Below are positions 19,837-33,100 of a stretch of 64,000 bases of DNA, one piece after another. A program made the position numbers and the translations under genes. Within the stretch, counting starts at the first letter, position 1. Each line of letters starts with the position of its first letter. The notes under the pieces are model-generated. The model made no database searches and had not been told where the DNA came from. It worked only from the letters and a program-made list of their open reading frames with translations. This stretch comes from Neocallimastix sp. 'constans'. Its lineage: Eukaryota. The DNA lies in the NCBI GenBank assembly GCA_050613775.1, contig JBODTK010000116.1, forward strand, positions 124,001 through 188,000, read 5' to 3'.

Positions 19837-21553
19837 CTTTTAAATCTTATAAATATATGAATACTATACTTTTTATTTTTTTTAAAATAATATATAAATA
19901 AATAATTAAATAATAAATAATAAATTTATTAATTAATTAATAAATAAATAGTAAATAATAAATAAGTAAATAAATAAATTAGTAAGAAATAATAAATTAA
20001 TATAAAAAAAAGTATAATATTTTAATTTTTAATTATCTTCTTTTTTTTTATTATAAAAATAAACAAAAAAAATATTATTAATACTTAAATTTAATTTTAT
20101 ATTTATATTATATTAAAAATTAATTATTACATACAAATATATAGCAAAATAAACTTTTTTTTTTTTTTTTTAAGTTTTTATTTTATATTATTTATTATAT
20201 TATTTTTTTTAATAAATAAAATTTAATTTTATTTAGAAGCTTATTTATTAATTAAATTTAACTAAAAAAGTAATTACAAGGTTTTAATATAAAATAAAGT
20301 CACTCTTTTTATATACATTTAAAATGTGGAGTAATTAAATAAAATATTTTTCTATTACTAATGTATTATTAATATTGATATAAAACAAATAGGTGTAGCA
20401 ACATATTTTGTATATTTAATAATAATTATTAAATATTGAAATTTATATCTCTTCTGTTAGTAATAATTTTTGAAATAATTTCTTATTCATATATGATTCA
20501 TTATTCATATATATTATTAATTATGTTAAGAGTCATGAATTTATTGTTTATAATTATGTCAATTTTATTAAAATATTTTATGATATAGAGGAGTTACTAG
20601 CACTTAATTATTCTAAATTAAATGCTTTTAAATTAATATATTGTGGCTTATATATTATATATAATACAATATGTTTCAATACATTTGAGGCTTATTTTTC
20701 ATACATTTCACATATTTTAACAAATTATAATAGTAAATTTATTATATAGTTAAATTTTTCTAAATATATAAAATAAGAATATATATATTATATATTAACA
20801 TATTTATTCTTATTTATTTTAAAGTTTATAGTAAAAATAAGTAATTCTTCTATATTTTATAATATAATGAAATAGTTGTAGTTATTTTAACTATAATTAA
20901 ATATATATAGTTGATATTTATATTAATATATATTATATAATTATATTTTTATATATTTAACTTTTATTATTTTTATTTTTATTTTACGAATTATATAGTT
21001 ATATTTATTATTTCTAATATATATTTATTTTATATTATACTATTCTTCGATATATATTTATTATAAAGATTTCCAAAGAACTACTCTTCTTTATTGTAAT
21101 TTGAGAAGACCCTGATTAAATGGGTTCATAAATTAAAATATATTAATAAAGGCTAATTAAATATAAAGATACTATTAAAAATTAGTTTCATATAAAAGAC
21201 CCACATATTAATATTTTTATCATGTGAGTAATAATAAATTATTCTAATATTCTATGATTATTGATAATAAAAACTGAAATTACTGATTAAATTATTTTCA
21301 AATTTTAGCATTTTTAATTAATAGTTATTATTTAATATTAAAATTTTTTTATAAAATATTATACAATAAACAAAAAAAAAAATTAATATGATAATAAAAT
21401 ATATTTTTTTTTGTTCTGGTTTGTTTTGCTTTTTTTTTCTTTTTTTATCAATATATATAATGTTTTATTAAAATATTAACATTTTTTTTACAATTAATCA
21501 AATTAATTATTATTATTAATAAAAGGGAAATAATAATATTAATATCAATTTGC

Positions 21554-22387
21554 TTAACAACAGTCCCAATTGTATAAAACTTTACTAAAGTCTCTATTAA
21601 TTAATGATTCTTTGGTAATAAAAAAATTACAAACTCCACTATCGCCCCATAATATTTTTTTATCTGAATCAATTTGTAATAATAATATATCATAATTGGA
21701 ATATTTTTCATTGGATCTTGGGTCTTCCTGTGTAAAGAATGGATAACCAAATATTTTATGATTATTTTTATTATCATCAGATAATAGTTTATCATAAAGT
21801 TTATCGTTTTCCTCATCGTTAAGTACTTTATATGATCTACTATCTTTATCAAGTTCTTTACCGTATACCTCTTTATAGGCCTCAGAAAATATTTTTTCAA
21901 AACCAAAGTCATTAGGTGTTATATAGTCAAAATTTTTATTTAAAGATATTTTTAATTCACCATCAATTGGAAAATATTCTTCATCTAATGAAGCAAAAAT
22001 ATCCATTTTTTCAAGTGATTCCTTTGTTATATTATAATCTATTTTCTCATGATAAACTACTCTAAAATTATCTGGTAAAGTTTGATCATCAAAATTCAGT
22101 CCCATTAAATCATCATCACCATCAATAAAAAATTGAAGCATACCATTTTTTGGTAATGGTTCCTCAACGTCACATTTATCAAAATTTATTTGAGCAAGTA
22201 ATGATAATTTTTCTCCTTCTGAATTTTCTGGATATTCTTTATCTTTTGTCCAATAGGGTATACCCCCAAATTTACTGTCAAATATATCTGGTTCTTCATC
22301 TAAAATTTTAATTGAATAATTATCCTGTTTTGATAAACGTTTAATTACTTCTATTAATTGATCAAATTGATCAGTTTTATTATCCAT
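21554..22387 (-). CDS. DUF1963/YwqG-family protein (copy 3, intact, 277 aa, intronless)
   Basis: Motifs [71 protein letters not shown]. Confidence 0.9.
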   Translation of the reverse strand: MDNKTDQFDQLIEVIKRLSKQDNYSIKILDEEPDIFDSKFGGIPYWTKDKEYPENSEGEKLSLLAQINFDKCDVEEPLPKNGMLQFFIDGDDDLMGLNFDDQTLPDNFRVVYHEKIDYNITKESLEKMDIFASLDEEYFPIDGELKISLNKNFDYITPNDFGFEKIFSEAYKEVYGKELDKDSRSYKVLNDEENDKLYDKLLSDDNKNNHKIFGYPFFTQEDPRSNEKYSNYDILLLQIDSDKKILWGDSGVCNFFITKESLINRDFSKVLYNWDCC

Positions 22388-22839
22388 CTTTTTAATCTTA
22401 AAAATATTTAAATATTTATTTTTTTATATTAATTTATTATTTCTTATTAATTTATTAATTAATTTATTAATATATTTATTTATTATTTATTATTTATTTA
22501 TTTATTATTTTAAAAAAATAAAAAGAATAGAGCTAAATTTTTGTTACTCCTATTCTTTTTTAATAATAAAAATAATAATAAAAAAAAATTATTATTAATA
22601 TTTAAATTTAATTTTATATTTTATATTAAAAATTAATTATTATACACATATATTACAAAATAACTTTTTTTTTTAAGTTTCTATTTTATTTCATTATACT
22701 ATATTAATTTTTAAATAAATAGTTGTATTACATATATATAAGATTATTTAATATTAAATAATAATACAATAAAAAAAAATAATATGATAGTAAAACATAT
22801 ATTATTTTTTTTTTTTTTTTTTTGTTATGTTTTGATTTT

Positions 22840-23393
22840 TTAACAACAGTCCCAATTATATAAAACTTTATTAAATTCTCTATTAATTAATGATTCTTTG
22901 CTAATAAAAAAATTACCAATTCCACAATCACCCTATAATATATTTTTACTTGAACTAATTTGTAATAATAATATATCATAATTGGAATATTTTTCATCAA
23001 ATCTTGGGTTATCCTGAGCAAAGTATGGCTCTATGCTTATTTTTTGATAATAATATATCACAAAGTTGATTAGATACCTTATAGGACAATCTATCTTTAT
23101 CGAATTCTTTACCATATACTTCTTTATAGGCTTCTGAAAATATTTTATCAAAACGAAAATCATATGGTGTTATATAGTCTACATCTTTATTTAATGATAT
23201 TTTATATTCACCATAAACTGGATGATAATTTTTATTTATTGAGGTAAGAATACCCATTTTTTCAAGTGATTCCTTTGTTTCATTATAATCAATTTTTTCA
23301 TGATAAACTACTCTAAAGTTATTTTGTGAAATTTGATCATTATAATTCACACCCATTAAAACATCAATTAAAACATCATTGCTTTCAATAAAA
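22840..23393 (-). pseudogene. DUF1963/YwqG-family pseudogene (copy 4, 5'-truncated, closest to copy 2)
   Basis: Lacks roughly the first 85 codons. Has a 12-bp duplication (attaaaacatca) near 23355-23378, a frameshifting deletion near 23030 and TGG>TAG at 22933-22935; ends YNWDCC-stop. Confidence 0.85.
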
Positions 23394-23425
23394 AATATAA
23401 TTATAAAATAAATATTAAATGTTAT

Positions 23426-23553
23426 ATTAAGAAGTACGCTAACTTATGGAAGTTTTATGTAATTTTAAATATTTTATATTTTGTTATCAATTAAGAAGTA
23501 CGCTAACTTATGGAAGTTTTATGTAATTTTAAATATTTTATATTTTGTTATCA
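23426..23553. repeat. Perfect 2 x 64-bp tandem duplication
   Basis: attaagaagtacgctaacttatggaag...ttgttatca repeated at 23426 and 23490. Confidence 0.9.
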
Positions 23554-23673
23554 ATAATAAAAAACTAATTAATTTTGATATCCATAAATTATAAAAAAAA
23601 AATAAAAAATAAATTAAAACAGCAACAACAAACAAACAATAATAATAATAATAATAATAATAATTAAAATACT

Positions 23674-23746
23674 ATTATGTTTAGTAAATATTTAAACCAT
23701 TATGTTTAGTAAATATTTAAACCATTATGTTTAGTAAATATTTAAA
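23674..23746. repeat. 3 x 25-bp minisatellite
   Basis: attatgtttagtaaatatttaaacc at 23674, 23699 and 23724 (last copy slightly short). Confidence 0.9.
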
Positions 23747-24251
23747 TCTATTTAAATTGAATTTGTGTTTTATTTTATTTTTATTATATATTTATTTATA
23801 GATATTAAATATTCATATATTTATTTTTATATTATTAGTATTATTAATTATTTTTTTTTTTTTTTTTTTTTTTTTTGAATACAATTCCAGCTGTATTCTT
23901 TAATTTTTAAATTAGTTACATAAATGTTACTTAAATTTATGTTATAATATATATAATTAATTAACATTATTTACGCATATAAATTATTGTTTCTCATATA
24001 TAAAATTCTATTAACTATTATTACCCATTACTTTATTAACAATTATAATTTAATTATAAAAAGTATAAAGTTTTCTTTTTTTTGTAAATAATAATTAATT
24101 ATAATATATATATATATTAAATTAATTTAATATATATATATATTTTATATTTTTTAAATTTTTTTTTTTTTTTCATCTTTTTTTTTTTTTTTTTGAATTT
24201 TTTTATTGTAAAGTATAATCATTTATTTGAATAGCATTGTATATTCTTTAT

Positions 24252-26806
24252 TTAATTTTGTCTTTTTTTTCTTTTATTATCTAAAGTAATATATTTAACT
24301 TTGACTTTGGTAACCTTTTTAACAACCACTTTAACTGTTTTTGAAATTTTAACCTTTTTAACTTTATTTGATTTAACAGTAGTAGTAGTTGTTGGTTTAA
24401 TAGTAGTAGTAGTGTTATTTGTTATTATAGTTGGTTCATTGGTAGTAGCAGTAGTAGTAGTATTTATTATTGTAATTGGTTCATTGGTGGTAGTAGTAGT
24501 AGTTGTTGTTGTTGTAGTTGCTTCAATTGAGGGAGTAGTAATAATACTTGAACTAGCTTCTTCTTCTTCTGGAACTCCTACAAGACTAACATAGGTTACA
24601 CATTCTTCACTACGAGATTTAATCCATTGCTTAAGACCAAATTGACTTTGATTTTGATTAACTTTTGGATTATAAGGAACTTTAGAATAATTAATATTTC
24701 CTTTAAAGTCAGAAAGAGTGTAGTGGTTAATGTAACCTGTAATATTTGGATCAAGGATATCAATTAAGCCAGAACTCCATTCTACATCCTCTTCAATTAA
24801 TTGTTCAAGAGAATCAATCATAGTAGACATAACTGGAACATTGAAAACCTTGGTCAAAGTATCATGCATGATTTTATCGTATTTTTTCTTAATTAAATCA
24901 TGCTTGAAGAGTCTACTAATGAAGTAGGTATCTTCATTGTTACGGGCTTTTTCTGCCCAATTAAAACAGTCCATTGGTTCTGTAAGGTAATTACTATTGA
25001 AACGAGGACTACCTTTATTACCATAGAAGGAACCATCAAAATCGTATGGAATGATTTGATATTTATCTTGTTCTGGATTATAGTAGAGAGCAAAATTACC
25101 ACTGTTAGCCCAGAAATCATCAAAAGCAAAAACAAGAGCTTCTACTACCATTTGTCTAAGAAGAGAATCAAGATTAAAGAATTTTTCAAGTGCTTCAACA
25201 GCGGCATTACTTTGGTCATTTCCATATTGGTCATCCCATTCCTTATAAGATTTTGTAAATTGAATAAGGCGATAATAATCGTTACCATTAGCATTGATAT
25301 CATCCTTATCAATCTCAGCAATCTTATAGACTCCAGGATTGTATTCACTTGGAGAATCACCATGATATTCAAGATTTGCTCCAGCAAAAGTTTTATAAGT
25401 ATAACCAACACGTGCCTTATCATTGCCATGAATAGCAGAGGCAATCCAATTTCCTCCAATACTATCAACAATACTATATAAACCATAAACATCATCATTG
25501 ATGATGAGTCTGGCGTATGCACTACTGTAAGTTGGAACATCAAGTGATTTATATAATTCAGAAGTTAACTTATCACGCATTAGAGAGGCGTCATTAGAGT
25601 TAGCTCTAAGCTTGAGACTTTTTCTACCTAAAATCTTTTTATCCATTTTAATTTTCCAGGATAGTTTTTTGTATCTACGACTATCAAAACCAATTAATTC
25701 AAGAGCTCCATTTCTCTGATATACATCATTGGGTGTAATAAAAGTAACAGTACAATTAGCTGTTTCTTGATTTATAAGATTACTACCATTCACATTAACA
25801 AATGAATTATATTTTAAGTAATTGTATTCATTTTCATTACATTTAGCATAAACGGTATAAATTTGATTATCATCATATGGTTGATATTTATCTGTTCCTC
25901 CATTGAAAAGAGGTTTGTCATAAACTTTTGGAAATGATGGAACATCAACTTTTTTATTATGTCTATTATTATATTTAATAAGTAAATAAATATATTAATA
26001 TATAAATTTATAAAAATTTTGTAAAATATTAATATGTTAAATAGTATTAAAAATTAAATTTTGTTATAAAGAATTTAAATATTAATTATTATAATGAAAA
26101 ATCATTACTAGAATATTTTAAATCTTAACTAAACTTTTATAACTTTTATTTTTCATTATAATATTGGTATATACCTGTTAAAAACTTCATTAATGGAAGA
26201 AGTTTCAGGAGTATAGGTTCTTAAAATATCTTCTTCTTCTACAACTTTTTCATCTTTATCTAAAACAACATATTTATAACTTGAACTTAAACCTGATTCA
26301 ATAGTTGTAGTAAATACTATAAAGAATAAATTATAATTAATAAAAAAAAATAATATTATATAGATTAATAAAAGCCTTTACATATCTAAGAAATTTATGA
26401 TAAAAAAAAAAAAGAAAAAGCTTTTTTTTAAATAATTATATATGATTTTATTATAATTTATTTATTTATTTATTATTATCATTTTTTTTTTTTTTTTTTT
26501 TAGCTTTATTTATTGTGCTCTTTATTTACATGGATATACTTCAGATGACATTCTTATAATTTTATTGTCATATTTCAAACCCAAACTATATTCAGAAGTT
26601 TTAATTGATACGACATTAAATTTCCATTTTTCAGCTGTCAAAAATAATATTTATATGTAAAAAATAATATATATATATATATAAATAACAAAATATTATT
26701 AACAACTTTTTTTCTTTATTTAAACTATAATTAAAAGATTTTTTTTCATACCTTTTGTTAAAACTATTAAAGTTGATAGTGCTAAGCTTAGTGAATTGAC
26801 CTTCAT
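24252..26806 (-). CDS. Secreted CotH-family protein kinase, 4 exons, 670 aa, with Thr-rich linker and basic Lys/Val tail
   Basis: Exons 26806-26752 (MKVNSLSLALSTLIVLTK signal peptide), 26634-26530, 26316-26175 and 25962-24252 are phase-consistent (2013 nt). CotH motifs LKLRANSNDASLMRDKL, ARLIINDDVYGLY, DDFWANSGNFALY and IIPYDFDGSF are present. Confidence 0.9.
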
Positions 26807-29139
26807 ATTGTGTTAATTCTTTTAACAAATATACTAATTATGTAAAATAAGTTTTAATATTTAATTATTTTATTAAATAATCTAAGGTTCTTTTTCCTTA
26901 TTTTATTAGTATTAAAAAAGATATTTCTCGTTTTTATTTTTCGCTTTATATTATTTTTTATTTTATTTTATTTTTATATTTCTTTTATTTTTTTATTTTT
27001 TTTTTATTTTTATTTTTATTTTTTTTTTTTTTTTTTTTTTTGTACTTCAAAAGAAGTGTAAAAGAAAAAAAAAAATTGGTGAAAAAACGATTTATATATT
27101 TATGATACTATAATTTTTTTCATAATATATAAAAATTATAATTCAAAATTTTAAAGGTTACACTAAAAGATAGTAATAATATTAATTATTTAAAAAATAA
27201 TTTTTAAATTAAAAACTTAAAAAGTTAAATTAATATAAAAAACTAAAACTTAATTAAAATGTTGACTTTAACAGATATTAAAAAAAATAAAATAAAATAA
27301 AATTAAGATTAATAAATAATACTATAATATAATCACACTTTACTACAATAATTATCAAAATTTTATTATAATAATAACTTTAATTAGATAATAAAGATTT
27401 GAGTCTTTTTTTTACATTTTAATAAAATATTTTTTTCTCACATAATTAACTTTACTTTAACTGCACTTCATATAAAATGTTTAAAAATTAGTTGCTCAGA
27501 AAGTAAAATTATTTATGATTTATAATTTATAATTTATAAATAATTAATATTTATTATATATATATTATATTCTATTATATGTCATATATTTTATTAACTA
27601 TACTGTACTATAATATGATATATAATTAAAGAAAATAATTTTAAAATAAAATTTATAAATATTTTCAATAATTCATTATTTATATGTACGCATTATAGAT
27701 ATATGTTTATGTAAGGCTTTTAATAACTACAACATAATTATAAGATTATTAATAATTTTTATTTATTAATTTGTGGTATATAAAAGTGAAACTATTTACA
27801 AAAAATAAAAAATTAATGAAAGAAATATTAAATAAATGGTAAACCAGGATTAATGTTAATTAATGTTGGTAGTAAATTGGGTTACCAATATTAATTAAAT
27901 GATATATTAAATGTCATTTTGAGATTTTTATTGTATATTTTAATATTAATAAAGTTGCTATTATACTAATTAACTTTGTAACATAAAAATATTTTTAATT
28001 TTTATTTTTAATTTTTAAATTCAGATATTTTATAATATATATATATATAAAATGCAAAATAAAAATAATAAACATTATTTTTTTATATCTTTTTTTTATC
28101 AATATATATTCAATTATTTCATAGGAAACACAAAATGTATATAATAGAAAAAATTAATGACAGACTTATGTATGTTAAAATAATTTATATTAAATAATAT
28201 TATAATGAATATATATAATTATCATTTTAACGTTTTACTATTTTTTGCTTTCATTTTAAAAAAAAAATTAAAATATTAAAATTTAAAAATATACATCTAT
28301 ATATATATAAAACTGAAACTTGAAATATGAATAATTGACTTATTAAATTATGAATAATTATGATAATGTAATAGATATATTAAAATATCAGAGTATTTAT
28401 ACATTGAAAGATTTATAACCACAAGAACAATTTTTATTAGTACTGTTTAAATAATTTTAAAATTAATTAATTAATATTATTAATAATCGGAAATATTTAT
28501 ATATATATATATTTTTTCAATCTTAAATAATAATATAAAAAAATAAAAAAAAGTTGTTGTATATAAATCTTTAACATTTTTATACTTAATTTCTTAAAAA
28601 AAAAAAAAAGTAAACAAATAACAATTATTTAAACCAATATAATTATTTCATTAAGAATTCTAATCATGAAAAAAAATTAAATTGTTTCAAATAGTAATTG
28701 AATCAACCTTAAAAATTAATTATGGTTTATAATATAAATTATCAAATTTTATATCATCAAACTTTAATTAATAAAAAAATATAATTTTAATATAAATATT
28801 ATTAAGAATATTTTTTTTATTTTAATATTATTAGTTGTTATTATTGGTTTTATTTGATAATATTATTACTATTATTTATTATGTATTAACAGATAGCTAA
28901 TTGTATTATGTCAAGTTTATTAATATGTTTTATTATCAAGAATTACTAAAGAATTACCAAAGTATAATTCCATATTAATTTATATATATATATTTATATG
29001 AATAATTTGTGGCTTATATATTTATATTAATATATAATGTGTCAATACATAATAAATACATTGCACATTTATTTTACATATTTCATATATTCTAATATTA
29101 TGCATTACTTATTATTTATTATTTATTATTTATTATTTT

Positions 29140-29170
<31 letters not shown>

Positions 29171-29759
29171 TTATTTATTATTTTTTATTTTTTATTTATT
29201 ATTTTTTATTTATTTATTTATTTTGTTTCGTTAATTTATGAACATTAATAAATGATTATGATTAGATTTCACCATAAATACCAATATAATTACTAATTTT
29301 AATTTATTTAAAAAAAGTGTTAATAAAAATAATATAAAATAGGAAATATGAAATATTAAAATATTAATATATATAAATAAAACATTTAGTTGAAATTTAA
29401 GTTCAGATGAATAAAAAAAATAAAACAAAATAAATTGCTGAAATTTAAATATAAAGTATAGATTGAATAAAATAAAATAAAATAAAAAAAAGTAGAATAA
29501 TAAATAAAAAAACTACTGTTTGAATAAAATAATATAAAACATTAATAATAAAAAATAAAAAAATATTGAAAAACAAATAAAAAATAATTAGTATTTCATT
29601 TAATATTGTTTATAATTTAAGTATTCATTAAAATTAATTATTATAATTTTTATTTTATATATTAATTTGGTTAAAACAAAAATTTTAATTTTTAATAATT
29701 TACTACATTATGCTATTAAAATATATAAATTTTAAAATTGATTAAATTTTTCATAAAAA

Positions 29760-29779
29760 TGAAACGAAATGAAATGAAA

Positions 29780-29842
<63 letters not shown>
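29760..29842. repeat. (GAAAT)n/(AAAT)n microsatellite
   Basis: Direct reading, about 300 bp upstream of the ankyrin gene ATG. Confidence 0.9.
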
Positions 29843-29843
<1 letters not shown>

Positions 29844-30138
29844 ATATAATAATTTATAATAATTTAATTATAATAAAGTTTTGAAATATTTTGTTTTAAA
29901 TATCATAATTTTTTAATAAAATAATTTCTTGTAATTTATAAAACCTTAAACCTTTAATTTTGGCTTTTTAGCATTTAAATTTAAATTTGAAATTTATTAA
30001 TTTTATGATATTATAAATCAATAAATTATTATTAATGTACTCTGTTTATGAATTTATAAAAATTTCTAAATGTAGATTTGAAAATAAAAATAAACTATTG
30101 AATTTGGAATCATGTTTTAATATAATTATTATAAAAGA

Positions 30139-33100
30139 ATGAAATTAACGGAAATAAATCAAAATATGAAAAAAAAATTTATTAAAAGAGTAAAAGAGGT
30201 TTTAACATTATCAGAAAAAAGTGATGACTTGAATAATTTTATATCGTTTCTAAAAAATAATGAAGATAAACTATGTATTAATGATATTAATAGCAAAGAT
30301 TTTGATTTATTAATTTTCGCAATTAATAATAAATGTTCAATTCATTTGATTGAATACATTATAAAGAATTGTAAAAAATATAGAAAAACTTTAAATTATG
30401 AAACTGAACAAGGCGAAATTCCATTATTTTCTGCATTTATCAATGCAATTCCTGAAAAATTAATAAATGATAAATCCATTTTTCAATTACACAAAATAAA
30501 TTTATTAGTTGTGAATATTTTAGTGAAGAATGGGGCAAATATTAATTTTAGTAATAAAAAGGGTGAAAATTTATTAATTTATTTATATAATAAGGGACTA
30601 TTAAATAATTACTTTTTTTCAATTTTGTACAATAAAAGAATCAATGTTAGTTATTTTCTTGAAAAACTATATTACAGTTCTTTTAAAAATAGCAATGATA
30701 ATTGTATTGAAAATAGTATTGAAAATGTCAATAAAAATAATAATTTAATTACTGAAACTGATAATTTTATACTTAAAAATGATTTCAACAAATATTTGAA
30801 AATAATTATTAATGAATATAATAAATATATGGAAGAATATATTTTAAATTTAATTCAATTTTCAAAAAATAAAATAGGTATATCAACTAGTCAAATAAAA
30901 AATTTATTCAATAACATTAAGAAAAATACTATTCAAATTCCGTTATTATTTTTAAATGAATTAATAAATAAAGAAAAATATGAATACATTAAAGATTTAA
31001 AAAATAATAATATAAAATTATTTAATAATAAATTTCAAATTGATTTTTGTACTTATAAAAAATTAAAAATATATTTAAAACAATTTAATGCAGAAACCAG
31101 TTATCTTAGTATAGATTATAATAAAGAAGAATTATATAATTGTTTTAATAATAGAGACTATGAAAAAGCTAATTTTATACTAGACCAAGGTTTTGATTTA
31201 AATTATGAAAATCATGTTTGTGATAATTATTATAATAATTTCATTAAAGCATGTAAAAATTTAAATTTCAAATTTATAAAATACTTAGTTAAACATGGAA
31301 ATAATATTAATCATATAGAAAATTGTTATTATTGCAATGAACCCAAAAACGGTTTATTTTTTTTACTTTCAAGATTAAATTCTATTGTTTCTTATAATTC
31401 AAATACTACTGTTACTACTACTACTAATAATAATAATAATAACAATAATATTAGTACTAACACAATTACAAATAATAATAAAAATCGAATAAAATCGATA
31501 ATAAAATATTTATTGAATCATAATGGGTTATTGTATGAAGAAATTATGAATGAATGCACTAATATTAAAATGAATAATGTCAAATTTTATGAATATTTGA
31601 TTGAATATGGGTTAGATTTATATCAAGAATTAATAGAAAATCAAAATAATTATGTTAATACTAAATATTTAATTGACTATAGTTCATCAAATGTATATTA
31701 TCCACTTTGTACCTATATAAATTTAAATAATATTGAAATTATTAGGTATATTTTAAAAAGTAAAAATAAACCTATACTATTTCGAGAAAATCCTAAAAAT
31801 TATTACAATTTTTTAAATTATATTCTTTGTAAAGAAAATAATACTAATACAAGCTTAAAAAATCTAATAAATAATAAAATAGATTTTAATAATCAAATTC
31901 CATTATATAAAAATAAACGTAAAGAAACAATATTAATTGAAGCATGCAATAGTAATAATATAGAAATGGTAAAATATTTAATTAAAAATAATACTGACAT
32001 AAATAAAGCAGATAATATCGGAAATACTCCTTTGATTATTGCATCGAGAAATGGATTTTTTGATATAATTGAATATCTTGTAAAACATGGTGCTGATGTA
32101 AATATGAGTAATAATAAAAAAGATACACCATTATTAATTGCATGTGAGAATATGCATTATCAAATAGTTAAATACTTTTTAAAACAAAAATGTAATATCA
32201 ATATGTGTAATATTTATGGTTGTACTCCATTAATATTAGCATATAGAAATAAATGGTTGGATATTGTTGAAATATTAATCAAGCGTAATGCAAAAATTAA
32301 TCCCAATGATAATGACAATATTGATAAACTTTTGCATAAAATACATAAAAATTATCAAATGAATAATATTGCATATTGTAATTATAAAAATATTCTTTTA
32401 ATATTTGCTTGTAAGAATGGAAATTTGGAAATGATAAAATATTATTTAGAACAAGGAGCTGATATAAATTTTAATAATGTTTATGATAATAACAATACTC
32501 CATTAATTATTCTTTGCCATTATGGTTATTATAAAGTAATTAAATTCTTAATAAATAATAAAAATTACTATAATATGAATATCGATATTAATAAATCTAA
32601 TAAATTTGGCGAAACACCACTAATGATTGCATGTGAAAATAATAAAATAAGAATTGTAAAATTTCTAATTGATCATGGAGCTGATATAAATTTAATAAAC
32701 ACCATCGGATTTAATTCATTAATGGTTTCATGTTATAATGGTCATCGTAAAATTGTAGAATACCTATTGAGTCTTGGTATGAGTGTAAATTTTTGTGATT
32801 TGGAAGGATTTACTCCATTAATGGTAGCATGTATTAATAATCATTTACATATCGTTAAAGATCTTATAAAATCCGGAGCAAATATAAATCAAATGAATAT
32901 ATATGGTATTAACTCTTTAATGATTTCATGTGGTAATGGATACTTTAGAATTGCGGAATATTTAATTCTAAATAATGCTGTAATTGATAATATTCTGATA
33001 TCGAATTATGAAGAAGAGAAATTAAAACAATTAATTAAAAAAGATGAAATAGAGTATTTTGTTGATATTTTACAAAAAAAAATTATAAGTGAAATAGATA

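Noticed and set aside
17560..23393. Bacterial contamination or chimeric assembly as the source of DUF1963 genes
   Set aside because: Host-like AT-rich codon use, poly-A/T spacers, pseudogenised copies and continuity with intron-containing genes argue for genuine integration; read-level confirmation is still advisable.
23426..23746. CRISPR-like array
   Set aside because: Repeats are directly adjacent with no unique spacers, there are no cas genes, and the context is eukaryotic.
24301..25543. Overlapping and antisense ORFs inside the CotH gene
   Set aside because: Shadow frames of a real gene with biased codon use and Thr repeats; no independent motifs.
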